Shown here one piece after another: positions 25,698 through 35,500 of a stretch of DNA of 64,000 nt (its first letter is position 1; every line of letters starts with the position of its first letter). Origin of the DNA: an uncultured Nitrospiraceae bacterium (GTDB lineage Bacteria > Nitrospirota > Thermodesulfovibrionia > Thermodesulfovibrionales > UBA6898); contig CAWEQH010000010.1 in assembly GCA_963811165.1 (NCBI GenBank), positions 608,001 through 672,000 of the forward strand, written 5' to 3'. The position numbers were made by a program, and so were the translations under genes. Under the pieces are notes generated by a model that made no database searches, was not told where the DNA came from, and saw only the letters and a list, made by a program, of their open reading frames with translations.

Positions 25698-26885
25698 TCA
25701 TTCGAAATCAGCATAGATTTCTCCGAAATTTATCCCGGCGATGTTTGCCCGGCCGTACCTGTTTTTGAATTCCACCTTCGCCTCCTGGAACTGCTGACTG
25801 CGGCTGCCGTTTCTGATCGCGGCATGGGCTTCTATAAACGCTCCAAGGCTGTCGGCCGCCTTGACGATCTCTCCGTCGCGCGGATTAAAGCGGTCTTTGT
25901 TGTATTTTCCATTAATATCGTCGCTCGATACCTTCTTACGTCTTCCGTTGACATAAATAACGCCGGAGAACTCGTCTTCGGTAAACATCCTGATCTCTCT
26001 ATGCCAGGCACGGGGGATCAGTCCGTATACCTCCTTATTCATCTGTTCTTTTTCATACTCCTTGATAAGCTCGTCCAGCCCCTCTACTGAGACCTTCACC
26101 GGAGAGATGATGTCACGGGTAAGGACTTCCGGGAGGTCGTGGAACAATCCCGTAAAATAATTATTGATGCTGCGTCTCCCGCACGCTCCTATCTGGGTCG
26201 AAAACAGATAGGAAAGCAGAGCAACAAAAAGTGAATGCCCGATCACCGAAGTCTTGGGAATCCGGTGCAGGTTCGACCACCGGGTCTGAAACCTGAGCTG
26301 TCCGCAGAGATCGAGAAAGTCTCTGTAACGAGCATTCTCCTTTAGTTTGGTCATCCCCTTCAGGTCGGAGTACTCTTCATATTTACGGTCCAGGCCCTGT
26401 TTTATCGAGGCGATCTCATAGCCCCCGGGGTTCGCACGTTCAATAATGCCGAATTCCCATTTCGTCGCAAAATAATGCGCCGCCTCCAATATTCGTCTGT
26501 TGAGGTTTTTGCGGGAGGAGGTAAAGTAATCCCTGAACCTTTTTGAAAAATCCCCTCCCATAGGAGATATGACGGGCTCAATCTCCTTAAAAATCCAATC
26601 ATTAAGCCTCCTGTATTTTTCCTTGTCGGCCTTGATCTTATAAAAAATAGGCGGCTTTAAGTCGGTGATTACAAGACGCTGCAGAAGCTCAAAGAGGCCC
26701 CCCTCGATTACTTCTATCCAGTCAAAGCCCGGGTTCCCTTCCTCGAACTTCCCCAAAAAATAGGCGATGATCATCTTGTGGGCCTGCTTGTCCAGTTCGA
26801 CAAGTTCCACGGGCCGCACCTTGTCGTTCCATCGCTGCATGTACGCCGCATTGAAGATTTTGAGGAGCAATGCCTTTCTTATCAT
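25698..26885 (-). CDS. Tandem HD-domain (YfbR-like) protein
   Basis: MQRWND..ELDKQAH degenerate N-half; QTRW..SVIGHS..FHDLPE.LTRDI C-half. Confidence 0.85.
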   Translation of the reverse strand: MIRKALLLKIFNAAYMQRWNDKVRPVELVELDKQAHKMIIAYFLGKFEEGNPGFDWIEVIEGGLFELLQRLVITDLKPPIFYKIKADKEKYRRLNDWIFKEIEPVISPMGGDFSKRFRDYFTSSRKNLNRRILEAAHYFATKWEFGIIERANPGGYEIASIKQGLDRKYEEYSDLKGMTKLKENARYRDFLDLCGQLRFQTRWSNLHRIPKTSVIGHSLFVALLSYLFSTQIGACGRRSINNYFTGLFHDLPEVLTRDIISPVKVSVEGLDELIKEYEKEQMNKEVYGLIPRAWHREIRMFTEDEFSGVIYVNGRRKKVSSDDINGKYNKDRFNPRDGEIVKAADSLGAFIEAHAAIRNGSRSQQFQEAKVEFKNRYGRANIAGINFGEIYADFE

Positions 26886-27151
26886 TGTAATGTCCCCTTT
26901 TATGAGCCGGTTCTTTTGAATACTATTATCGGATTTTGCGCTCTTTTCTTCAAGACAGCGTTCATATGATGGAGAAGATGCAGTTGGCGTTACTCCCGAA
27001 AACGCATAGGGCCCTTTCTATCCGGTAGGCTGAGACCGGGATGAGTCCCGACCCGTATGGTCACCGTTAAGGTAAGCCATTGCCTTTCAAATCGGGACGG
27101 TCGATAGGATTGACAGCATTGAAATCGGGAATTTAAAATCAATGAAAGGTC

Positions 27152-27793
27152 ATGGGCATCATATCATATCGTGAATTCATCGAGACGTTCCAGGCGCTCC
27201 GTAATGCGCCGGAGCGAATCGTTGAGAACATTCTTTCTAAGGCCACGGTAAGGTCGTTTCCGGCGGGAATGCTTATCTACTCCGAGGGCGATGCCTGTGC
27301 GGCCATCGCCTTTGTCCTGACCGGGGAAATCCGGGTTTACAAGGCGGCGGAAGGGGGACGGGAGATCACCCTCTATGAGATCGGCAGAGGGGAGACCTGC
27401 ATTCTCAATGCATCCTGTGTCCTCGCAAACACTTCCTATCCTGCGAATGCCGTCTCGGTAAAAGAGGGGGCGATGCTCCTTTTGCCTGCCGATGATTTTC
27501 GCAGGCTGATGGAGACGAGTGAGGACGTCAGACACTTTGTATTCGGGATTATGAGCACGCGCCTTACGACGGTTATGGCCCTTGTCGAAGAGGTGGCATT
27601 CGGCCGGATGGACATCAGGCTCAGGGAATACCTTTCAGAAAAGGCCGAACACGGGATTCTCAGGTCCACGCACCAAAAGATCGCCGGTGACCTGGGGACC
27701 TCAAGGGAAGTAATAAGCAGGCTGCTCAAGGACCTCGAACGAAAGGGAATCGTCGCCCTTTCCCGGAGCGAAATTACTCTCCTTAAGTCCTAG
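27152..27793 (+). CDS. Crp/Fnr-family transcriptional regulator
   Basis: cNMP-binding fold GREITLYEI..GETC; HTH THQKIA.DLGTSREVISRLLK. Confidence 0.92.
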   Translation: MGIISYREFIETFQALRNAPERIVENILSKATVRSFPAGMLIYSEGDACAAIAFVLTGEIRVYKAAEGGREITLYEIGRGETCILNASCVLANTSYPANAVSVKEGAMLLLPADDFRRLMETSEDVRHFVFGIMSTRLTTVMALVEEVAFGRMDIRLREYLSEKAEHGILRSTHQKIAGDLGTSREVISRLLKDLERKGIVALSRSEITLLKS

Positions 27794-27808
27794 GCCTCTT
27801 TCCCTATT

Positions 27809-27823
27809 TGTAACTTTGTCACA
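27809..27823. promoter_or_regulatory. Putative Crp/Fnr-type operator
   Basis: TGTAAC-TTT-GTCACA near-palindrome between the regulator and the DUF2892 gene. Confidence 0.55.
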
Positions 27824-27887
27824 TACATGCCTCCTGCCCGGTGATTAACATAACACATTAAAGAATTTCATTTAGGAGGCAAAGACA

Positions 27888-28079
27888 ATGAAGAAGAACA
27901 TCGGGTCAACTGAGAGAGCGGTAAGGGTGCTTGCGGGCCTCGGCATTATCTCAATGGCAATAGTCGGTCCACATTCACCCTGGGCATACCTCGGGATAAT
28001 CCCTGTGGCCACTGGTCTCATCGGATGGTGTCCCCCTTATGCCCTTTTAGGGATCTCGACCTGTAAGAGCTGCAGGTAG
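27888..28079 (+). CDS. DUF2892 (YgaP-like) membrane protein
   Basis: NIG..ERAVR...G, TGLIGWCP.Y.LLGISTC; AGGAGG SD. Confidence 0.88.
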   Translation: MKKNIGSTERAVRVLAGLGIISMAIVGPHSPWAYLGIIPVATGLIGWCPPYALLGISTCKSCR

Positions 28080-28127
28080 AGCGCCACTGTTAAGGGAGAT
28101 ATCTCCCAACCGGGACTATTCATGCGC

Positions 28128-28150
28128 GCAGGAGGGCACCGCCCTCCTGC
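28128..28150 (+). terminator. Hairpin after the DUF2892 gene
   Basis: GCAGGAGGGC-ACC-GCCCTCCTGC. Confidence 0.55.
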
Positions 28151-28387
28151 AATTTCAATCAACTGAAAAACAGCTTATGAATAATGCGGGGCAAGACTGA
28201 TATGAGTCATCAAAAGAGGAAACTTATCAAAAAAAGAAGAGAGGTGTAGTGTTTCTCTTATCAACAAATCAACAGGCGTGGCGGTCTGCGGCAGGCGCAC
28301 CATCACCCATAAATTTATTTTATTTGCTAAACATTAATTGATATGCCTCCTGTTTAGCGGTATTATTTGTTTAGGAGGGAGTGGATA

Positions 28388-28672
28388 ATGCCATCCAAAG
28401 ATGGTAGAGAAAGAAGGAAACATCCACGAAAACCTTACAGTAATGTCATAAAGTTTTGCGTAAATCCCCGTTCCCTGAATAAAACCTTCATTGGTGTAAG
28501 TGTTAACATAAGTGATTCAGGAATATGCCTATATACCTCTGATAATCTTCATCCTGACGAAGAGATATTAATTCAAGAAAAACTCCCTGTCAAATACCGA
28601 AAGGCAACCGTAATATGGGTCAAGCATTACCATCGGGAGTTCTACAAAGTTGGGCTCATGTTTCATGAATGA
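28388..28672 (+). CDS. PilZ-domain protein
   Basis: ERRKHPR and NISDSG motifs; AGGAGG SD. Confidence 0.85.
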   Translation: MPSKDGRERRKHPRKPYSNVIKFCVNPRSLNKTFIGVSVNISDSGICLYTSDNLHPDEEILIQEKLPVKYRKATVIWVKHYHREFYKVGLMFHE

Positions 28673-28985
28673 CTGCCAAGGCTTTTCGCTAATCGGAGAC
28701 ACCCATTTTGACTGACCGGTAGTCTTCTTGACCCGCCCTTAATTCTGCATGATAATGAGCCTAATGGCAGACACTAAAACTGTCCTTTGTCTCACATACG
28801 CACACCCCATAACAAAGAGAAAAAATGGATGAATAAAGTTTATATCAGAATTTTCGAAAAAGTGAGCTACACTTAAATAAAAGGCTTGAAAGAGGCCCGA
28901 AGATCGCTGCAGGGCGTCTGGTGTAAATTGGAGGGGGCATCGTAACACCCTCTTTGAAACAAAGCATGCAAAGGTGGGAGAAGAA

Positions 28986-29642
28986 ATGGCCGAAACTTTC
29001 ATATTCAGGGAATGCGTAAACCTCGTCAAATCAACAGGGAGGACTGCGGACCGCCTGCGTGAATTTAAGGATATGTTGGCAGTTGTGCCCGACGAATCCA
29101 TATTCCATCATACCTGCCAGTATTTTTTGAGAAGTCCGGGTCTTGAGTACACTAATGATTTCGCGCATTGGGCCGGCGAAAGCCTTGGCGAAAGGGTGCT
29201 TGCGGAGTACCTCTCGAACATAGACCCGTACGGCTACGCGACAATTGCAGATCTGAGGAAAGGGCTGGTCGGTGTCATAGATGTCTACCTCGAAAAATTT
29301 CCCGAACCGAGGGAGGCATTACCAGGCGAAGAATTCTATTTCAACGAGGCGGTGACTATGATATTCCCGGCAGGGATCAGGGCCCGGAATCTCGCCGAAT
29401 TCCTCACGGGTATCAAGTATGTAGACTCAAACTCCATTTATTATCACTTTTATGAAGCGAGGATGCGCCTCGGGAGTGCCGTCGATGATTTTTCGAAGTG
29501 GCTTGAAGAGAGTCTGGGCAAGAAAGAACTGGCCGCAAAGTTAAGGTCCATAGACCCCTTCATGCATAGCGTAGAGGGGATCAGGGAACACCTGGTCGAA
29601 GAGATGGAGAAAGAACTCAGAAGAGACATGGAGGAGGTTTAA
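28986..29642 (+). CDS. DUF5752-family protein (TreT-associated)
   Basis: Internal duplication SIFHH..NDFAHW / SIYYH..DDFSKW; directly upstream of treT. Confidence 0.8.
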   Translation: MAETFIFRECVNLVKSTGRTADRLREFKDMLAVVPDESIFHHTCQYFLRSPGLEYTNDFAHWAGESLGERVLAEYLSNIDPYGYATIADLRKGLVGVIDVYLEKFPEPREALPGEEFYFNEAVTMIFPAGIRARNLAEFLTGIKYVDSNSIYYHFYEARMRLGSAVDDFSKWLEESLGKKELAAKLRSIDPFMHSVEGIREHLVEEMEKELRRDMEEV

Positions 29643-29644
29643 CC

Positions 29645-30856
29645 ATGCTGTCCAGTTACTCAGGAATATCTCCCAAGAGTGATCTCACTCTCTTAAAAAG
29701 GCTTGCAGATAAACTGAACGGCAGGACCTTCCTTCATGTAAATTCTACTCGTGCAGGCGGCGGCGTAGCCGAAATACTCCAGCGAATGGTCCCGATATTG
29801 GAGAACATCGGCATCAATGTCAGATGGGAGGTCCTCGAAGGTGACGAGAGGTTCTTTGATATCACAAAGAAGATACATAATGCACTTCAGGGCAACGCGG
29901 AGACGATCACGCGTGATATGTGGGATTACCATTTCGATGTGAATAAGAGGAACGCCGGGAGGCTGAACCTGGAGGCGGATGCGGTGCTTATCCATGATCC
30001 CCAACCCGCTCCCCTCATCGAGTACAGAAAAGCCGGGACCTGGATGTGGCGCTGCCATATAGATCTTTCGAGTCCGGCCCGCGAAGTTTTCGATTTTATC
30101 AGACGGTATTGCGAGAGGTATGATGCAGCCATCTTCTCGGTGGCACGTTTTGCAAAGTCGATGCCGCTTGATGAATTTATTATCACCCCATCTATAGACC
30201 CTCTCAGCGACAAAAACAGGGACCTAACAGAGAGCGAGATACGAGAGACAGTCGAAAGGCTTAATATTCCCCTGGACAAGCCGGTCATCCTTCAGGTCTC
30301 CCGGTTCGACAGGTTCAAGGACCCGCTCGGCGTTCTGCAGGCTTACCGGATCATCAAAAAATACAACGACTGCATCCTCGTCCTTGCAGGGAGCCCCGCA
30401 AGCGATGACCCCGAAGGGGAAGCGGTGCTGAAGGAAGTGCGGGAGCAGGCAGCCGATGATCCGGACATTTACATATTGCTTTTGCCGCCTTACAGCGATA
30501 AGGACATAAATGCCCTGCAGCGCATTGCAGCCGTAGTATTCCAGAAATCCATCAAGGAGGGCTTCGGACTTACCGTATCCGAGGCGATGTGGAAAGGAAA
30601 GGCGGTTGTTGCAGGAGCCGCCGGCGGTATCCCTGTCCAGATCACCCATGGCGTAAACGGATTTCTCGTCAATTCCGTGGAGGGCGCGGCGTTCAGGGCC
30701 AGGCAGCTCCTTAACAATCCCGAAATGGTGAAGAAGATGGGGGAAAATGCGAGAGAATATGTGAGAAAGAATTTCCTGATTACAAGGCAGACCAGGGATT
30801 ACCTGTCCGTGTGGTACGCCGCCGAGAATAAAGGCAGGAGCGTCCTGGAGCTTTAG
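29645..30856 (+). CDS. treT: Trehalose synthase TreT-like GT4 glycosyltransferase
   Basis: HVNST..GGGVAEIL, IHDPQP, WRCHID, QVSRFDRFKDP, EGFGLTVSEAMWK. Confidence 0.88.
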   Translation: MLSSYSGISPKSDLTLLKRLADKLNGRTFLHVNSTRAGGGVAEILQRMVPILENIGINVRWEVLEGDERFFDITKKIHNALQGNAETITRDMWDYHFDVNKRNAGRLNLEADAVLIHDPQPAPLIEYRKAGTWMWRCHIDLSSPAREVFDFIRRYCERYDAAIFSVARFAKSMPLDEFIITPSIDPLSDKNRDLTESEIRETVERLNIPLDKPVILQVSRFDRFKDPLGVLQAYRIIKKYNDCILVLAGSPASDDPEGEAVLKEVREQAADDPDIYILLLPPYSDKDINALQRIAAVVFQKSIKEGFGLTVSEAMWKGKAVVAGAAGGIPVQITHGVNGFLVNSVEGAAFRARQLLNNPEMVKKMGENAREYVRKNFLITRQTRDYLSVWYAAENKGRSVLEL

Positions 30857-30860
30857 TCCG

Positions 30861-32774
30861 ATGCGGACAAGCGAAAAGATCCGGCGGACAGACCTGGGAG
30901 CGACGATGATCGACCCGGCAGGCGTCTCCTTCAGGGTATGGTCGCCGGGGCAGGAGGAAGTCTCCGTAGAGGTCTTGTCACCCGAAGGGTCCCGCTTTAT
31001 ACCGCTTACCAAGGGGGCAAGTGGGTATTTTACAGGAACCGCGGAAGATGTTCGCCCCGGCGACCTCTACTTCTACGTCCTTGGCCGTAAAGACCGCTAC
31101 CCCGATCCTGCATCGCGATTTCAGCCGAAAGGCGTTCACGGCCCCTCACAGGTAGTCGATCCTGAGGAATTCTTGTGGGACGATAATGAATGGAGAGGGA
31201 TATCCCTGAGGGACCTGATTATTTACGAACTGCACACGGGCACGTTCACGCACGAAGGGACATTCGAGTCTGTCATCCCGCGCCTTGATTATCTCGCCGA
31301 CCTCGGAATCACTGCGATAGAACTTATGCCGGTCGTCCAATTTCCGGGAAACAGGAACTGGGGATATGACGGGGTTTATCCCTTCGCTCCCCAGAATACT
31401 TACGGCGGCCCCGCGGGGTTGAAAAAGTTGATCAACTCGGCCCATAAAAAAGAACTCGCGGTGGTCCTTGATGTGGTGTATAACCATCTCGGCCCGGAGG
31501 GAAACTATCTAGGCCGGTATGGACCCTACTTCACAGACCGGTATAAAACGCCATGGGGCGATGCGATCAACTTCGACGGCCCCTACAGCGACGAGGTGAG
31601 GCGTTTTTTTATCGAGAATGCGCTTTACTGGATCGGCGAGTTCCACGTCGACGGCCTCAGGCTCGATGCGGTGCATGGAATATTTGACTTCAGCGCAAGA
31701 CATTTTCTGAAGGAGCTCTGTGATGAGGTACGCTCCTATGCAAAGATACTCGGCAGGAAAGTCCTGGTCATCGCGGAAAGCGACCTGAACGACGCAAGGA
31801 TCATTGCCCCTCAGGAGATCGGCGGACATGGTGTTGACGCGCAATGGGACGACGATTTCCATCACTCCCTCCATGCGCTTGTCACGGGCGAAAAGAACGG
31901 ATATTATGAAGACTTCGGAAAGATAGCGCATCTCGAAAAGGCCTTCAGGGACGGCTTCGTATACGCAGGTCAGTATTCCCACTACCGAAAACGGCGGCAC
32001 GGAAACAGCTCAAAGGACCGGCCGGCAGAACAGTTTATTGTATTTTCGCAGAGCCACGATCAAGTCGGAAACAGGATGGCGGGGGACAGGTTGAGCGGGA
32101 CCCTTTCTCTCGAAGAACTGAAACTTGTTGCGGGAGCGGTAATATTTTCGGCTTTCACGCCCCTCATTTTTATGGGGGAGGAATATGGTGAAACCTCGCC
32201 TTTTTGCTATTTCACCAGTCACTCCGACCCTGATCTTTCCCGGGCGGTGAAGGAGGGCAGGAAAAAGGAGTTCGCCGCCTTCGGATGGAAGGGCAACGTC
32301 CCGGATCCGCAGGACGAAAAGACCTTCCTTGATTCGAAGCTCGACACCGATCTTTCAGAAAGAGGGACTTACAAGCTGCTTTATGAGTTTTACAGGGAGC
32401 TGATAAGACTGCGAAAAGAGATCCCCGCACTAAGGAACCGCGTAAAGGAAAACAGGGAAGTAAGGGGTCTCGAAGGCCACGATGCGTTATATATCATAAG
32501 TCGGGTTAATAATGACGAGGCCTTCTGTCTCTATAATTTCGGCGACAACATCCTCAACGCCTGTTTTGCGCTGCCGGAGGGGAGGTGGAAAAAGGTGATC
32601 GAATCTTCAGCCGCAAGATGGGGCGGAACCGGAGGCCGCGCGCCGGGAGATATAGGACTCAATGAAGGCAAAACATCTCTGAGCATCGCCCCATACAGTT
32701 TCGTCCTGTACCGGGTATTTTTAAAAAAGGGATTAGATGGAGCGTTATCTAGGCCTGGGGCACCTGTAGTTTGA
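30861..32774 (+). CDS. treZ: Malto-oligosyltrehalose trehalohydrolase
   Basis: DPASRFQP.GVHGPS, RNWGYDG, DVVYNHLGPEGNY, GLRLDAVH, HDQVGNR. Confidence 0.95.
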   Translation: MRTSEKIRRTDLGATMIDPAGVSFRVWSPGQEEVSVEVLSPEGSRFIPLTKGASGYFTGTAEDVRPGDLYFYVLGRKDRYPDPASRFQPKGVHGPSQVVDPEEFLWDDNEWRGISLRDLIIYELHTGTFTHEGTFESVIPRLDYLADLGITAIELMPVVQFPGNRNWGYDGVYPFAPQNTYGGPAGLKKLINSAHKKELAVVLDVVYNHLGPEGNYLGRYGPYFTDRYKTPWGDAINFDGPYSDEVRRFFIENALYWIGEFHVDGLRLDAVHGIFDFSARHFLKELCDEVRSYAKILGRKVLVIAESDLNDARIIAPQEIGGHGVDAQWDDDFHHSLHALVTGEKNGYYEDFGKIAHLEKAFRDGFVYAGQYSHYRKRRHGNSSKDRPAEQFIVFSQSHDQVGNRMAGDRLSGTLSLEELKLVAGAVIFSAFTPLIFMGEEYGETSPFCYFTSHSDPDLSRAVKEGRKKEFAAFGWKGNVPDPQDEKTFLDSKLDTDLSERGTYKLLYEFYRELIRLRKEIPALRNRVKENREVRGLEGHDALYIISRVNNDEAFCLYNFGDNILNACFALPEGRWKKVIESSAARWGGTGGRAPGDIGLNEGKTSLSIAPYSFVLYRVFLKKGLDGALSRPGAPVV

Positions 32775-35181
32775 AATTCTCGGACACTTCCGTGCAATTG
32801 CGTATCCATTCCTGAGCTTTTTTGTCGCCCAGACCGGCTTTCTCCTTGAAGTCGGCCCATTTTGTGTGGAGGATTTTGTAGCAGATGTTCTGGATTTGCC
32901 ACAGATTGATCTCAAACGGCAATGTCCGGACCAGTTTTGCGGCATTATTCAATCTCTCCATGCAGGAAAGGTCCTCACATTGATCGAGGGCTTGCTGGGC
33001 GAGACGCTCAATGTTGATTTTCAGTAGCAATCCCAGGGCAGCCTCATCCAGGGTTGCGCCGGCCAAACGAGCTTCTTCCAGAAGGGGTCTCACTACCTGG
33101 GGATCAAGTCCATCCCCTTGAAGTACTCCACGAAGTTTGGCATTCAGGCACAGGTCCGCTGCGACAGAAAGGACTTTTGGTCGTGGCGTGCCGGACCCGG
33201 TCAGAAAGCGAATCAAGGGAGCATGGTGTTCGTAAATCGAGCTATATAAAGCTTCGGCCTCTCTCAGGGTCGGCTCCATGATCATGTTCAGGACTTTTCG
33301 CCGCTCATCGGCAAACAACGATGTCAGAGAATACGTAGACGCCCCGAAGTATTGACCAATTAAAAGTATGGTCTTCGGGAAGTCAGCTACGGCAAAAGCA
33401 TCTGAAACATTTTTTACGAGGGCCTCATATTTCTGCGCTCCCTGATATTCACCGGTGCCGCAGGAGATACTGTGGTCACCAAGATGTAAAACGCCAAAGC
33501 ACAAGCTTGCGGATATGCGTGTAATTTTTGAAGTGACCTTTGCGCGCCCGATTGCGAGCTTTGTGCTGCCTGCCTGGAAACTTCGGTAATCCTCCATGGC
33601 GGCAGAATACGAATAAATCGAGTTTCGTTCACCCTCGATCTGGAACAGAGAGCTTATGGCATAGTGAGCACCCACAGCGGTCAATCCAAGCATGGCAGGC
33701 CTGACGAATACTTCATAAATTCTGCGGCCGTCACCGTGTTCAGGTATATTGCTCTTTGCAACCTCAAGATGTTCGAGAAAGTCAGGTTCATAGATATCGT
33801 GAAAAAGCTGGTCGGCCAACTGAAGGACCCTGCCCGCATATTGTATGACCTGGACCGTTTCAATCCCGGAAAGGTCGTCAAAAAACCAACCACAACTTGT
33901 GTACATGAGCATTGCGTGGCGTTGGAGCTCCATGAGCTTCAGGACCGTCATCTCGTCCTCATAGCTTAATGGGCGGGCCGCGTGGCGGCTCAAAAAAGCA
34001 CTGACCCGCTCGGGTGCCCGATCAACAATAATGTCGATGTAGTCGTCCCGGGCCGCCCACGGATCGGACAGAAATTGTCCGGCCAATTGTTCATAGGCCG
34101 GGGTAACGGTATCTCGCAGCCAGTCCAGCGCCGCACGCAGGGGGGCCCGCCAGGCCTGGTTCCAACCCGGGTGGCCTCCGCTGTTACACCCGCAATCCGA
34201 CCGCCAACGCTCTATTCCGTGAGCGCAGCTCCACGAGCTGTTTTCAAAGATTTTCACTTCGTGCGTCGGTGGATGGTCCGCCAGATACCCGCCATAATTC
34301 GTCAACTGCGCAAGTCCGTTGGACTCAATGTAATGGAGCGCGTGAGCGAGGGCCATGTCGCCGCCGCGATGGTGATGGCCGTAGCTTTCGCCATCCGTTG
34401 CGATGTGGACGAGGCGTGGAGAGGAATGGCCGTCGGGGAACGCGGACAAAAGCCTCTTGGCGAATGTCTCTCCGCTGTTTAGAAGTCCTTCAAATGCCAG
34501 AGCATGTGAAATGGAGCCGTCGTAGAAGAACAGGTTCATAACGCCGCCTGAAGGCAGCGATACCCTGTAAGCCATTCCTGGATCGATTCTCCCGCCGCTG
34601 ACATCTTGCCATTTATCACTGCCAAGGACCCGGACCTTCCGCGCCTGACTGGGGGAAAGTATGACAAATGCGATATCGTGTTGTGACATTATGTCCAGGG
34701 TTTCCAGATCTACCGCCGTCTCCGGAAGCCACAACCCTTCCGGCTTATGTCCAAAGCGATACTCAAAATCCTTTATTCCCCAAATAATCTGGGTCTTCTT
34801 GTCGCGGCTGTTGGCCAGCGGCAGGATCATGTGATTGTAAGCTTGGGCCATTGCTGAGCCATGACCCGAGAATTTCTCTACACTCCGCCTGTCAGCCTCC
34901 AGAATTGCCTCATAGGCTTCGGCGGCATACTTCTGCATCCAGAGCAGGACAGTCGGACCAAAGTTGAAGCTTATGTTGACATAATTGTTCACGAGTTGGA
35001 CGATTCGTCCTTCCGTGTCCCAGATTCTCGACACTGCGTTTGCAGCGTAGCATTCGGCTGAAATCCGCTCGTTCCAGTCGTGGTACGGGAACGCAGAATC
35101 CTGGATCTCAATCGCCTCCAGCCAGGGGCTTTCCCTGGGGGGTTGATAAAAATGCCCATGGATACAAATAAACCGGTCCAT
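32749..35181 (-). CDS. GH57 / DUF3536 glycoside hydrolase
   Basis: CIHGHFYQPPRE, WLPETAVD, ATDGESYGHH, MYTSCGWFFD; AAGGAG SD before ATG 35181. Confidence 0.9.
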   Translation of the reverse strand: MDRFICIHGHFYQPPRESPWLEAIEIQDSAFPYHDWNERISAECYAANAVSRIWDTEGRIVQLVNNYVNISFNFGPTVLLWMQKYAAEAYEAILEADRRSVEKFSGHGSAMAQAYNHMILPLANSRDKKTQIIWGIKDFEYRFGHKPEGLWLPETAVDLETLDIMSQHDIAFVILSPSQARKVRVLGSDKWQDVSGGRIDPGMAYRVSLPSGGVMNLFFYDGSISHALAFEGLLNSGETFAKRLLSAFPDGHSSPRLVHIATDGESYGHHHRGGDMALAHALHYIESNGLAQLTNYGGYLADHPPTHEVKIFENSSWSCAHGIERWRSDCGCNSGGHPGWNQAWRAPLRAALDWLRDTVTPAYEQLAGQFLSDPWAARDDYIDIIVDRAPERVSAFLSRHAARPLSYEDEMTVLKLMELQRHAMLMYTSCGWFFDDLSGIETVQVIQYAGRVLQLADQLFHDIYEPDFLEHLEVAKSNIPEHGDGRRIYEVFVRPAMLGLTAVGAHYAISSLFQIEGERNSIYSYSAAMEDYRSFQAGSTKLAIGRAKVTSKITRISASLCFGVLHLGDHSISCGTGEYQGAQKYEALVKNVSDAFAVADFPKTILLIGQYFGASTYSLTSLFADERRKVLNMIMEPTLREAEALYSSIYEHHAPLIRFLTGSGTPRPKVLSVAADLCLNAKLRGVLQGDGLDPQVVRPLLEEARLAGATLDEAALGLLLKINIERLAQQALDQCEDLSCMERLNNAAKLVRTLPFEINLWQIQNICYKILHTKWADFKEKAGLGDKKAQEWIRNCTEVSENFKLQVPQA

Positions 35182-35500
35182 CAACAGCACTCCTTTGGCG
35201 AAACACTCTTTCACTAAAAGCATATCAAAATACCGGATACTGTCAACGCGACACTATTTTTGAGGTTTCATAGGCTTCTCACCTAACTCGAAGTAACGTT
35301 GAAAATCGTCCGGGCCGGTGGACAATAATCCCCGTAACGCCGTTTTGTCAGGGAACTGGTGAGATTGTCACAACAATCAAGACATGATAAGATTTGAAAA
35401 AAGGAGAGTGATAGAGGAATGGAAGAAACAATCGCCCCCTTCGAATTTAAGCACGACATCAGCATCCACCATCTTTCGACCATATTGCCGGAAGGGTAGC

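Noticed and set aside
27025..27085. CTGAGA-hairpin-ACCCGT resembling a TPP riboswitch 5' half
   Set aside because: The ACCTGA...TAATGC...CG.AGG half is missing and the downstream gene is unrelated to thiamine
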